From assembly GCA_964541675.1 (NCBI GenBank), contig CAZIPW010000008.1, positions 1,925 through 65,924 on the forward strand: a stretch of DNA of 64,000 nucleotides. The letters run 5' to 3'. Position 1 is the first letter of the stretch. Each line of letters starts with the position of its first letter. Below are positions 29,340 to 38,610 of the stretch, one piece after another. The stretch is from an uncultured Verrucomicrobiota bacterium. Its GTDB lineage: Bacteria > Verrucomicrobiota > Verrucomicrobiia > CAZIPW01. The notes under the pieces are model-generated. The model saw nothing but the letters and a program-made list of their open reading frames with translations. It had not been told where the DNA came from and searched no databases. Position numbers and translations under genes: made by a program.

Positions 29340-30113
29340 ATGAAGAAGAACGCAATTTCTTGCGTGTTGCCGCCAGCGGTGGCTGTGGCTACCGCTCTTG
29401 CTGCAAACGCCTATAGTCAAGGCACGCTGCAAAATAATATATACAATTGGAATGGAACTTTAACGGTAGCCTCTGATGGCGGTTCGGTTTTTTATCCTGG
29501 TGCCAATGTTAAAGATGCCATACTTTCAATAAATTTCTCTGATATGACTCCCGATGGCATTGGAGGATATGGCAGTTCTTCGTCCACCATTTCATACGGA
29601 GTCAGCTACAACGGTACGACCGTTCAATACAACTATACAGGGGTGGATATGGATTTCTCGTCTACTACCGGGATAATGAATATAGCATGGAATAACGCAA
29701 ACGATGTCCTGACTCTTGATTCCTCTCAGACTATATCACTGCCTCAAACACCTAGCGGGATACAGGCGGCGTTAGCCTCTTACGCCCAAAGTGGCTATGA
29801 CACTTACAGTAGCGGTGTTTCTCTCGACGATGCAAGCCTTGTCAACTGGGGTGTTGGCTCTGTTACTTCCTTTACTGCCGCTCCCGTTCTCCCCGCCAGT
29901 TCATCGCTCTCCATACAAAGCTCCAACCAAAACGCGATAATCTCCTGGCCCACAAACGGCGCCGCGAATCTTAACCTCTATAGCTGCGCCTCTCTTTTGG
30001 GAACCAACTGGAGCGCCGTCAATATAGCTCCGGCAATCCTAAACGGCACCAACTTCGTCACCATCCCCGCCACCAACCCAATGGCCTTCTTCCGCCTGCA
30101 AAGCGGCAGCTAG
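29340..30113 (+). CDS. Secreted paralog of the PEP-CTERM-like protein (no PEP-CTERM)
   Basis: Signal peptide. Shares SVFYPGA..., ...PSGIQAAL..., ...GSVTSFT... blocks with 28120..28863 (roughly 40% identity by eye). Confidence 0.55.
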   Translation: MKKNAISCVLPPAVAVATALAANAYSQGTLQNNIYNWNGTLTVASDGGSVFYPGANVKDAILSINFSDMTPDGIGGYGSSSSTISYGVSYNGTTVQYNYTGVDMDFSSTTGIMNIAWNNANDVLTLDSSQTISLPQTPSGIQAALASYAQSGYDTYSSGVSLDDASLVNWGVGSVTSFTAAPVLPASSSLSIQSSNQNAIISWPTNGAANLNLYSCASLLGTNWSAVNIAPAILNGTNFVTIPATNPMAFFRLQSGS

Positions 30114-30130
30114 AGCGCAGGTCACGCCTT

Positions 30131-30262
30131 GCGGTGCTCTTTACGGGGGGCTTCACCCCCATGCCCCCTTCTTTCGGCCTTTCCGCGGGCCCAGTCCGGC
30201 TTGTCCGGACGATCCGGTTGTAGCCCCGGAGTTCAGTCCGGGGGTTGCCCGGAAGAAGCTCG
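30131..30262 (+). repeat. Partial copy (hairpin core) of the ~318-bp repeat family
   Basis: CTTCTTTCGGCCTTTCCGCGGGCCCAGTCCGGCTTGTCCGGACGATCCGGTTGTAGCCCCGGAGTTCAGTCCGGGGG is identical to the core of the full copies. Confidence 0.75.
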
Positions 30263-30777
30263 GTGGAAACGTCCAGACGACCGTCTCTCGCAAGGCTCCC
30301 CAATCGCCTGTCTCTGCGGTCACCGGGCCGACAAGCTAAATTCAGCGTCCCCTCTGGTATTTCATCGCTGCGGTGCCGTCACGGTACCCCCTCCCCAAAA
30401 CCTGTTATAATGCCCGCAGGTCATACCATGCCCGTAACTTCTTCTCATAATTCCCACGCCTCACGAAAGTCATCCAATCTCCAAAAGCCTGAGGTCCGTC
30501 GATCTTTCTCCATGCCCGTCCATCTCGCCTGGCGCGCAGCCGGGTCCACCGTGTCCATAAAGTCCACTACGTCCATTGTTTGCATTCCGCTCGTGCCCGC
30601 CAGACTTTCCATGCCGGCTTCTCAAAAGCAGAGCGTCATCAGTTGCCCAATATCCATTAGGCAACTATTTCACTTGGATTACCTCAAGATAGCCGGTGGA
30701 AAACCACTGTGGAGCAGTGATTTTGCAGTGATATTTTCGGAGTCATTCCTTTGTGACAACTAGATAACGTAGTTGCC

Positions 30778-31095
30778 CAATATACGACCGGTTCCTTGAC
30801 AGTCAAAAGCAGCTCTTTGCCGAGCCTACACCCAGTCACTGTGGGGCAACTGATCTTAATATTCAGGGAGGGGGAATTGATTTTCGGGGACGGTGCCCCC
30901 CACCCCTTCTTTCGGCCTTTCCGCGGGCCCAGTCCGGCTTGTCCGGACGATCCGGTTGTAGCCCCGGAGTTCAGTCCGGGGGCTTCCCGGTGGAGGCCTG
31001 CCCTCCGAAGCCTCGGCGAAGGAGGGTGCTTTTTACCGGTGGCGAGCAGGAGAATTGACCACATCATTTATGTAAATGTTATAGATAACCTATTT
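30778..31095 (+). repeat. Full copy A of the ~318-bp tandem repeat (GC-rich twin-hairpin element)
   Basis: It runs from AATATACGACCGGTTCCTTGACAGTC... to the next AATATACGACC. It contains the hairpins GTCCGG-cttgt-CCGGAC and CCCCGGA-gttcag-TCCGGGG. Confidence 0.8.
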
Positions 31096-31375
31096 GCCTA
31101 ATATACGACCTGTTCCTTGACAATCAAAATCAGCTCCTTGCCGAGCCTACACCCAGTCACTGTGGGGCAACTGATCTTAATATTCAGGGAGGGGGAATTG
31201 ATTTTCGGGGACGGTGCCCCCCACCCCTTCTTTCGGCCTTTCCGCGGGCCCAGTCCGGCTTGTCCGGACGATCCGGTTGTAGCCCCGGAGTTCAGTCCGG
31301 GGGCTTCCCCCCGGTGGAGGCCTGCCCTCCGAAGCCTCGGCGAAGGAGGGTGCTTTTTACGGGGGAAAACTGCCG
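31096..31375 (+). repeat. Copy B of the ~318-bp tandem repeat (3'-truncated)
   Basis: About 97% identical to copy A over roughly 275 bp, with a CCC insertion. It diverges after GGTGCTTTTTAC. Confidence 0.8.
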
Positions 31376-31421
31376 TTTTAATTTGATAAACAGCCAGCTC
31401 TTCTGTTAAACTGTTTGGAGG

Positions 31422-32480
31422 ATGGACGAAGACCAGAAGATAGAACGGATTGTCTGTTTGACGAAGGATAGCGATGCGACCGTTTTGAATGGAGTTTTGC
31501 GGGAGTATGCAGCTCCTCAGCCGTCGATACTCGGAACAGTCATCTGCAAGCTTCTTGAGATAAAGGATCCGAATAGAGTGGAAAAACTATTGGACGCCTG
31601 TAATGGAATTCGCGTGTTGCAGGAGACATTGTGGGATCATAAGTGCGACTTTGATGAATGCACCCTGGACCATTTGGAGGACGGAGCCATAAATGAAACG
31701 GATATCAAACCATTGCAGGTCGCCTTTGTTAGAAACATGGTTGCCACACAAATGCAGCTCAATCGGGCCGCACAATGGTTTATGGCTGAAGACGTAAGCT
31801 CGATGGTTGCCAAACCCGGAGAGCTGGATCCTTCCACTGCCTTATTCAAGACAGGAGAGGCGATGTGCGATCTGCTGGATCCCCGAGTGTGCTATTCTGA
31901 AAAATACCGAGGAGAACATGAATTCTATCCCGGAACGCCAGATGACGATGAGGACTTTCACTGCTACGGAATCAGGGATCTTGGGCGATTAAAGGTGCCT
32001 TTTGTCGGCATTGAAAAAATCTTCCTGACGCTTATAAGCGCGGGGGCTGATTTCCGCCGGGAATTTGCGGCAGGGAATGCAAAAAAGAGCTTTTGCGCGC
32101 AGTTAGAGGAAGCGCGGTCGATGATACTAAGCCATCAGGGCGAAGGTGGTCCAAACCCCATCAAAGAAGCCCTGGCAGGCAGGAGCGCAGAACCTCTTGA
32201 AGCGGCAGTGCCGTGGATGGACCAAATATATGACTCGCATAATGCGGGGCTTGGGGATTTTAAAGATGCCCTGAAGGATTGTAGCTATACTTCAAGGGGA
32301 AGATTGGTAACGGGAGTGGAGCAACTTGGCCGTCACATCCGCTACGCGGTGGATCGGGAAATAGAACGAACAAAATTATGGCGAAAAGCGATGCCGCAGC
32401 TTTCTGTCGCGCTTGCCTCAATCGACAGGATGCGAATGGAAGTTGCCAGTCGCCCTTCGAGTTCGCTACTGCTTGAATGA
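31422..32480 (+). CDS. Hypothetical acidic protein (352 aa)
   Basis: Clean ORF immediately downstream of the repeat block. No motif recognised. Confidence 0.5.
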   Translation: MDEDQKIERIVCLTKDSDATVLNGVLREYAAPQPSILGTVICKLLEIKDPNRVEKLLDACNGIRVLQETLWDHKCDFDECTLDHLEDGAINETDIKPLQVAFVRNMVATQMQLNRAAQWFMAEDVSSMVAKPGELDPSTALFKTGEAMCDLLDPRVCYSEKYRGEHEFYPGTPDDDEDFHCYGIRDLGRLKVPFVGIEKIFLTLISAGADFRREFAAGNAKKSFCAQLEEARSMILSHQGEGGPNPIKEALAGRSAEPLEAAVPWMDQIYDSHNAGLGDFKDALKDCSYTSRGRLVTGVEQLGRHIRYAVDREIERTKLWRKAMPQLSVALASIDRMRMEVASRPSSSLLLE

Positions 32481-32547
32481 GAGCAGGTCCGAGAACGATT
32501 TTTTGAAATTAGGACTTTAAGCTGTAGCCAAATCCGGTTTGCCAACG

Positions 32548-33813
32548 CTAAATATACACCAGTATCCGCTGCGTTGTCGGATCCACCATATTGTGGGTGA
32601 CGAGTTTCTGGAGCGTCTTCTCGGTAAGGACCTCGTCGGAGGGTATCAGCAGCATTCCCGTCGGGCTGTATATCCCTTTGGCCAGCACCATGCCAGGTCT
32701 CAAATCCGCGAAGAGAATCTCCTTCATCTTTTTGGGCAGAGGCGTGGATCTTGTCACTTTCAAAAAGAGCCTGACGGCCTCCGGATCAAACTTCTTGCCG
32801 GAGAGCTCCAGAATCTCTTCAACCGCCATGTCCTTCGGCAGTCCGCATTCAATGTAATAGATGGCCACCGACAGGCACCTGGAAGGCCAGGGGATCGACT
32901 CGCGGGCCAGCCCGTCGGGGTATCCCGAACCGTCAAAATTCTCGTGGTGCGCCCTGATTGTCTGCCCCACGGCCTCCATGTCGTCAAAGAATGAGGCGAG
33001 CGTCTGGCCGTAAATCGTGTGGTTGTGTATGAGGTTCTGCTCGGAGAGCGTAAGCTGCTCTGGGCTCCTGCGGCTTTTGAGGAGCACGTCGCGGCTGATG
33101 CCGATAAGCCCCATGTTCTGCAGCCAGGCGGCTGTCTTGAGCGTGCGCTGATCCTGCTCGCTGAGAGCTCCGCTTTCACACATCAACTGGCAGATATCCA
33201 CCACGCTTTTCGTCTCTTTGCCCAAGAGCGGATGGAAGGCGTTGATGATGCGGTAGCAGAGTTCCAGCGAGTGCTCGAAATTCTTCTTGAGGGCGTCCTG
33301 GGCGCGTTCAAGGGCGGTATTCTGATCCTTGATATGTGTCAGTTGCGCCTCCAGGAGCTTGTTGGCCTCGGTCAACTGAGTATTCAACTCTTTTGTATCC
33401 TTGTGAAGGCGTTCGTTCTCGTAGATGAGCTGATAACGGCTGATGGCGTTCTGAATCGTGGCAATGAGTTCCTCCCGAATCCACGGTTTGGCCAGAAAAC
33501 GGAAGATGTCGCCCTTATTGATGGCGTCGATGACGGTTTTGAGCGTCAGCACGCCCGTCAAAAGTATCCTTGAAGCGTTGGGCTGGATTTTCTTCACCTC
33601 AAAGAGAAGCTCCAGTCCGGTCATCTCCCCCATTCTCTGATCGGTCATGATGACCGCGTATTCGTTCTTCTTGACAAGCTCCAGGGCCTCCAGGGGGTTG
33701 TCGCAGGTGGTCACCTGGAGCCCTTCGGAGGCAAGGGTTTCTGAAATGGCAACCAGAATAATGCTGTCATCATCAACAACCAGAATCGATTGACTGGGAG
33801 ACGGCTTGTTCAT
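32548..33813 (-). CDS. Response regulator with C-terminal HD-GYP domain (RpfG-like c-di-GMP phosphodiesterase)
   Basis: Receiver ILVVDDDSIILVA...VIMTDQRMGEMTG. C-terminal HHENFDGSGYPDGL, which is the HD-GYP signature. Confidence 0.85.
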   Translation of the reverse strand: MNKPSPSQSILVVDDDSIILVAISETLASEGLQVTTCDNPLEALELVKKNEYAVIMTDQRMGEMTGLELLFEVKKIQPNASRILLTGVLTLKTVIDAINKGDIFRFLAKPWIREELIATIQNAISRYQLIYENERLHKDTKELNTQLTEANKLLEAQLTHIKDQNTALERAQDALKKNFEHSLELCYRIINAFHPLLGKETKSVVDICQLMCESGALSEQDQRTLKTAAWLQNMGLIGISRDVLLKSRRSPEQLTLSEQNLIHNHTIYGQTLASFFDDMEAVGQTIRAHHENFDGSGYPDGLARESIPWPSRCLSVAIYYIECGLPKDMAVEEILELSGKKFDPEAVRLFLKVTRSTPLPKKMKEILFADLRPGMVLAKGIYSPTGMLLIPSDEVLTEKTLQKLVTHNMVDPTTQRILVYI

Positions 33814-34017
33814 CGAGCGGCGTTGCTAGAATAGCTCATGGGGCGGGAGGTGACAATGCAATAAGAAGGCCACGCCTCCCCAACGGCAGAAACAGCACTT
33901 ATCTGAAGAGGTTGGTATTTGATAGAAATCGGCTGTTTTTGAATCGAATTAAACCTTTTCCGCGGGGTTTCATTTTCAATTTGAAATATTCCCCGGATCG
34001 TATAACGTCTGGCTCGT

Positions 34018-34572
34018 ATGAAGAGACCTTTTGTACTTTTTTTAACTTTGCCGACGGTGGCGCTCTTTACCTCGGCGGGGGCTTCTTCCGCGCTGGTTCT
34101 GAAAAGCTCCAGTATCCAGGATGGAAAGAGGCTGAGCATGAACCAAGTGTATAGCGGCATGGGGGCCAGCGGCAGGAACCTCTCGCCGCAGCTCTCTTGG
34201 GCGGGGGTGCCGGCGGGCGCGAAGAGCCTGGCGATCACAATCTATGATCCCGATGCGCCGACTGGTTCGGGCTGGTGGCACTGGTTGGTCTTTAATATTC
34301 CCGCATCCGCAACCGGGCTGCCCGAGGGCGCGAGCCGGACCTCTAAGATGCCGGCGGGATGCGTGGAGAGCATGACCGACTTTGGTGAGCCGGGTTTCGG
34401 AGGCGCGGCTCCTCCGCCAGGGGACAAGGATCATCACTACATAGTGACGCTTTGGGCGCTGGACGTGGAGAGTCTGGACCTAAAGCCCTCGACACCTCCC
34501 GCGCAGGTGGGTTTCAATCTGAACCACCACGCGCTTGCAAAGGCGGCTATTACGGGACTGTATTCGAGATAA
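34018..34572 (+). CDS. YbhB/YbcL family (PEBP/Raf-kinase-inhibitor-like) periplasmic protein
   Basis: Signal peptide. ...LSPQLSWAGVPAGAKSLAITIYDPDAPTGSGWWHW...HHYIVTLWALD... matches the bacterial PEBP family. Confidence 0.85.
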   Translation: MKRPFVLFLTLPTVALFTSAGASSALVLKSSSIQDGKRLSMNQVYSGMGASGRNLSPQLSWAGVPAGAKSLAITIYDPDAPTGSGWWHWLVFNIPASATGLPEGASRTSKMPAGCVESMTDFGEPGFGGAAPPPGDKDHHYIVTLWALDVESLDLKPSTPPAQVGFNLNHHALAKAAITGLYSR

Positions 34573-34581
34573 GGGTGCCGA

Positions 34582-35820
34582 TCACCACTCCAATTCCTTC
34601 ATGCGGCGTGCCACCTCCTGGGCGTTGGCTCGGCTGTTGAAGGCGCTGACGCGGAAGTATCCTTCGCCCCTGGAGCCAAAGCCAGAACCTGGAGTAATGA
34701 CAACATTGGCCTGGTTCAGAATTTTGTCAAAAGCGGCCCAGCTGGTAATGCCCTTGGGAGTGGCCACCCAGATATAGGGAGCATTGACCCCTCCATAGGC
34801 TTTGAGACCGGCTTCTTTCACGCCTTGACGCAGTATTTTCGCGTTGCCCAGATAATGGGAGACAAGCTTTTGGACTTGCTCCTTGCCTTCTGGCGTGTAG
34901 AGAGCCTCAGCGGCACGCTGCACAGGATAGCTGGCCCCATTGAACTTGGTTGTGCTGCGGCGATTCCAAAGGGTATGCAAGGGTATAAACTCTCCCTTTT
35001 TGGTCTGCGCCATGAGATCTTTGGGTACGACCGTGTACGCGCAGCGTACGCCGGTAAATCCTCCGTTTTTAGAGAAAGAGCGGAACTCTATGGCGCACTC
35101 CCGCGCTCCGGGGATCTCGTAAATTGAATGCGGGATGCCTGGCTCGGTAATATAGGCTTCGTAAGCCGCGTCGAAGAGAATGATGGACCCGTTCTTTCTT
35201 GCGTATGCAACCCATTTCTCCAGCTGCTCGCGGGTGGCCGCGGCTCCCGTGGGATTGTTGGGCGAACACAGGTAGATTACATCAACCTTTTCGTCGGGGA
35301 TCTCTGGGATAAAACCGTTTCCTGCGTGGCAGGGCAGGTAGACCAGTCCGCTATAGGCACCTGCCTCGTTTGCTTCTCCCGTATGTCCTGCCATAACATT
35401 GGTGTCCACGTATACGGGATAGGTGGGATCACTGATGGCAAATATGTTTTGAGCACCAAGTATATCAAGAATGTTGGCAGTATCGCATTTGGCTCCATCG
35501 CTTACAAAGACCTCGTCGTCAGCCACACCGCAGACGCGGTCGCGATAATCGTTTTGCGCTATGGCCTGGCGGAGCCACGGATAGCCCTGCTCTGGGCCGT
35601 AGCCCTTAAAGGTTCCGCGTACCCCCAATTCTCTCGCGGCTTGACGCATGGCGACGACGGCTGCCTTTGGTAGGGGCTCGGTGACATCTCCGATTCCGCA
35701 GCGGATCAGACGTTTGGCTCCGTCTGGATTGGCCTCACAAAAGGCCTTCACGCGCCTGGTGATTTCCGGAAACAGGTAACCGGCCCGGAGTTTCAAGTAG
35801 TTTTCGTTGAGATATGCCAT
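34582..35820 (-). CDS. dapL: LL-diaminopimelate aminotransferase
   Basis: [20 protein letters not shown]...NPTG...[15 protein letters not shown] is the DapL-type aminotransferase pattern. The track ORF extends 25 codons upstream of the likely ATG. Confidence 0.85.
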   Translation of the reverse strand: MAYLNENYLKLRAGYLFPEITRRVKAFCEANPDGAKRLIRCGIGDVTEPLPKAAVVAMRQAARELGVRGTFKGYGPEQGYPWLRQAIAQNDYRDRVCGVADDEVFVSDGAKCDTANILDILGAQNIFAISDPTYPVYVDTNVMAGHTGEANEAGAYSGLVYLPCHAGNGFIPEIPDEKVDVIYLCSPNNPTGAAATREQLEKWVAYARKNGSIILFDAAYEAYITEPGIPHSIYEIPGARECAIEFRSFSKNGGFTGVRCAYTVVPKDLMAQTKKGEFIPLHTLWNRRSTTKFNGASYPVQRAAEALYTPEGKEQVQKLVSHYLGNAKILRQGVKEAGLKAYGGVNAPYIWVATPKGITSWAAFDKILNQANVVITPGSGFGSRGEGYFRVSAFNSRANAQEVARRMKELEW

Positions 35821-35895
35821 AAGATGGGGGTATTCGAATACGAATAATACATTCCTAGTTGAATTCGGAGGCGCGCGCAAGCCTAAAAATTGCAA

Positions 35896-36669
35896 TCAGG
35901 TCCCCATCATGAGGCGCATGAGCCTTGTCTCGTCGAACTCTCCTTTTCTCAAGGTTTTAGTAATCCTGCCTTGTTTGAATCCCACGACGCGATCCGCAAC
36001 TTCCGTGATTTCAGCGGGTTTATGTGAGACATAGAAGATGCAAAGCCCCTGCTGCTTTAGTCGTCGGACGAGTTCGAAAAGCTCATTTTGTTCGGAGAGT
36101 CCCAGCGCGTTTGTGGGTTCATCAAGGATAAGAACTGTTGGGGAGCTCAGGAGCGCCCTGGCGATCATAACCGACTTTCGCTGTCCGCCTGAAAGAAGGC
36201 CGGCTCCCTTTTGAAAGTCGATGAGAGCCGAGCTTACCCGACTGTAGGCTCCTTTGGCTCTCTCCAGGAGCGGCTTGTCCCACAGAATGCCGAGGTGATG
36301 GTTCCTGCCTGACGCGGTTTCGTTTCCCAAAACAATATTCTCCGCGGCGGTCAGCTCTGGGCAAATTGTCTCGTCCTGGCTGACCATCGCCATGCCTTTG
36401 CGCAGCGCCTCTTTTGGATTTTGGGGCGCATATATTTTGCTTTGCAGCCGCATCGTGCCTCCGTCTGCGCCCAGGGACCCCGATAGAATCCTCATAAGCG
36501 TGCTTTTTCCGGAGCCATTCTCTCCGACGACGGCAATGATCTCTCCCGTGGAGGCTTCCAGCGTGATCTCATTCAAGACGAGGGTATCTCCAAAGCGCTT
36601 GCGGATGCCTTCGATCTTTAGGAGTGGACTTTGCGGGGTATCTGACATATCAGCGGGTGATAAGTTCAA
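35896..36669 (-). CDS. Sugar ABC transporter ATP-binding protein (single ABC domain)
   Basis: Walker A GENGSGKST, signature LSGGQRKSV, Walker B ILILDEPT. Confidence 0.8.
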   Translation of the reverse strand: MNLSPADMSDTPQSPLLKIEGIRKRFGDTLVLNEITLEASTGEIIAVVGENGSGKSTLMRILSGSLGADGGTMRLQSKIYAPQNPKEALRKGMAMVSQDETICPELTAAENIVLGNETASGRNHHLGILWDKPLLERAKGAYSRVSSALIDFQKGAGLLSGGQRKSVMIARALLSSPTVLILDEPTNALGLSEQNELFELVRRLKQQGLCIFYVSHKPAEITEVADRVVGFKQGRITKTLRKGEFDETRLMRLMMGT

Positions 36670-37570
36670 GAGGAGTTTCTATTTGCGGCCTGATGGTCTT
36701 GCCTTCGAGTAGCTTTATCGCGTTTTTAACGGCCAGGCGACCCATCTCTTTGGGTTCCTGCGCGACAGTGGCATCCAGAATCCCGCTCTTGACGGCCTGG
36801 CGCGCCTCGTCGGTGGCGTCAAATCCTACAAAGAGGAGTTTGTGCGCGGCATGGGGGACTCTGGCAGCCCCCAAGGCCATCTCGTCGTTGCAGGCAAAGA
36901 CGGCGTCCAGATCGGGATGGGCCTGCAGGATGCCCTGAAAGACATTCATGCCCTTTTCCCGCTCCCAGTCAGCCGGAAGAGAGGCGACTACCTGAATGCC
37001 TGGAGCCTGTTTGAAAGCGCTTAGAAACCCCACCTTGCGGTTAGCTGCGGCTTCCACCCCGCTAAGGCCTTCCAATATGGCGATCCTGCCCTGTTCGTGA
37101 AGCTGCTTTACAACAAACCGTCCGGCCAGTTCACCGCCGGCAAAGTTGTCGGAACCAATAAAACCATCGGAATGAACTCCCAACTCTTTGACGCGTTGCG
37201 GATCCAGTTTGACATCAACAATGATGATGGGAATTCCGGCGGAGTTGAATTGGCGGAGTGTGGAGATGATGCCCTTGGAGTCGGCGGGATCCACGCATAG
37301 AACGTCGATTTTTTGTGCGGCGAGATTTTCCAGAATCTGTATCTGCCTTTCGACATCTGAAGATTTTTCAGGAGCCTGCACAATCAACTGATAGCCTGGA
37401 TGCTTGGACAGCTCGGCTCTTGCGCCGGCGACCATATCGACAAAGAAGGGGTTGGTGAGGTTGGTCGTAACCAGGGCTATCTTTTTTGTATGCATTCCGG
37501 TTGGTGCGCAGCCGGAAGCTCCCAGTATCAAAAGTAGCGTTAGCGCAATAAGTGTATTATTTGTTTTCAT
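36650..37570 (-). CDS. Sugar ABC transporter periplasmic substrate-binding protein (RbsB-like, PBP type I)
   Basis: Lipoprotein-like N-terminus (LILGASGCA). PBP-I fold pattern ...IALVTTNLTNPFF...IIIVDV... Confidence 0.8.
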   Translation of the reverse strand: MKTNNTLIALTLLLILGASGCAPTGMHTKKIALVTTNLTNPFFVDMVAGARAELSKHPGYQLIVQAPEKSSDVERQIQILENLAAQKIDVLCVDPADSKGIISTLRQFNSAGIPIIIVDVKLDPQRVKELGVHSDGFIGSDNFAGGELAGRFVVKQLHEQGRIAILEGLSGVEAAANRKVGFLSAFKQAPGIQVVASLPADWEREKGMNVFQGILQAHPDLDAVFACNDEMALGAARVPHAAHKLLFVGFDATDEARQAVKSGILDATVAQEPKEMGRLAVKNAIKLLEGKTIRPQIETPLELITR

Positions 37571-37573
37571 GTT

Positions 37574-38503
37574 CTATTGTATATTCAATCCCTTCCTTCT
37601 GGAACTATCCAGAGCCACCGCCGCGACAACGACAACGCCCACCAGCACCTGCTGGGCATAGGCCCCCACATTGAGAAGGCTCAGTCCGTCCCGCAGGACT
37701 CCCAGAATCAAAACGCCGATAAGTGTCCCAAGGAAACTGGCCCGGCCTCCGGTGATGGCTCCTCCCCCAATGACTACCGCCGCAATAGCGTCTATTTCAT
37801 AGAATTCTCCGGAAAGGGGATGGGCGGCGCTGAGCCTTCCCGAAAGAACCAGTCCTCCCAGCGCGGAGAAGAGTCCGGCCATGGCAAATACGAATAGCCG
37901 ATAGCCCCTGATTCTTATTCCGCACATCCAGGCCCCCTGCGCGTTGCATCCCATTGCCACCAGCCGCCGTCCTCCGATGGTCTTTCTCAGGAGCAGCTCG
38001 CACAAAAGAAAGATGGCAATCAATAATACTCCCATCAGGGGAATTCCCAGAGGTGAAAGTCCGATAAAGTTGATCCACGCGTCCGGGATATCCGTGATGG
38101 ACCTGCCCTCGGTCAGCCACAGGGCTATTCCCCTGGCTATTCCCATCATGCCCAGTGTTGCTATAAAGGACGGTATTTTGCCATAGGCCACCATCACTCC
38201 GTTTATAAGACCGATAAAGATACCCCCCGTGATGGCCGCCGCAAGAGCCGCGCCGCAGGGGACTCCCCCATGCGCAAGTAGTCCAAAAAGAACTCCTGAA
38301 AGCCCTACAATTGATCCTACCGACAGATCGATGCTTCCGCTTAGAATGACAAAGGTCATGCCTATCGCCACGAGCCCAATGGGACAGATCTGGATGAGCA
38401 CATTGCCTATATTTCCGGCTGTCATGAAGGCGGGCGTGGCCACCCCAAAAACAGTACACAACACCAGGAGTGCTACCAATGCCTGCCACGGCTGCGGCTT
38501 CAT
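37574..38503 (-). CDS. ABC transporter permease (RbsC/branched-chain type)
   Basis: Polytopic TM protein. It lies in an operon with the SBP and ATPase. Confidence 0.8.
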   Translation of the reverse strand: MKPQPWQALVALLVLCTVFGVATPAFMTAGNIGNVLIQICPIGLVAIGMTFVILSGSIDLSVGSIVGLSGVLFGLLAHGGVPCGAALAAAITGGIFIGLINGVMVAYGKIPSFIATLGMMGIARGIALWLTEGRSITDIPDAWINFIGLSPLGIPLMGVLLIAIFLLCELLLRKTIGGRRLVAMGCNAQGAWMCGIRIRGYRLFVFAMAGLFSALGGLVLSGRLSAAHPLSGEFYEIDAIAAVVIGGGAITGGRASFLGTLIGVLILGVLRDGLSLLNVGAYAQQVLVGVVVVAAVALDSSRRKGLNIQ

Positions 38504-38610
38504 AGGCTGATTCTAGGAGTGCTTGGGGGACGCGGTCAATTTGTTTCCCCATGATGGGCTATCTGGCAGATCGATTGTCAGGAACTCAGAGCGATATTTT
38601 TCCGATGGAA

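Noticed and set aside
30796-31386. Track ORFs 30796..31101 and 31117..31386 (and antisense 30684..31067) with near-identical Pro-rich translations
   Set aside because: They are simply translations of the two tandem repeat copies. The sequence is Pro/Gly/Arg-rich nonsense with no start context. A 3-nt indel and divergent ends show no protein-level constraint. Treated as non-coding repeat.
34582-35895. 437-aa version of the dapL ORF
   Set aside because: The first 25 codons precede the conserved MAYLNENYL start and overlap the end of the ABC ATPase gene. Trimmed to 35820.
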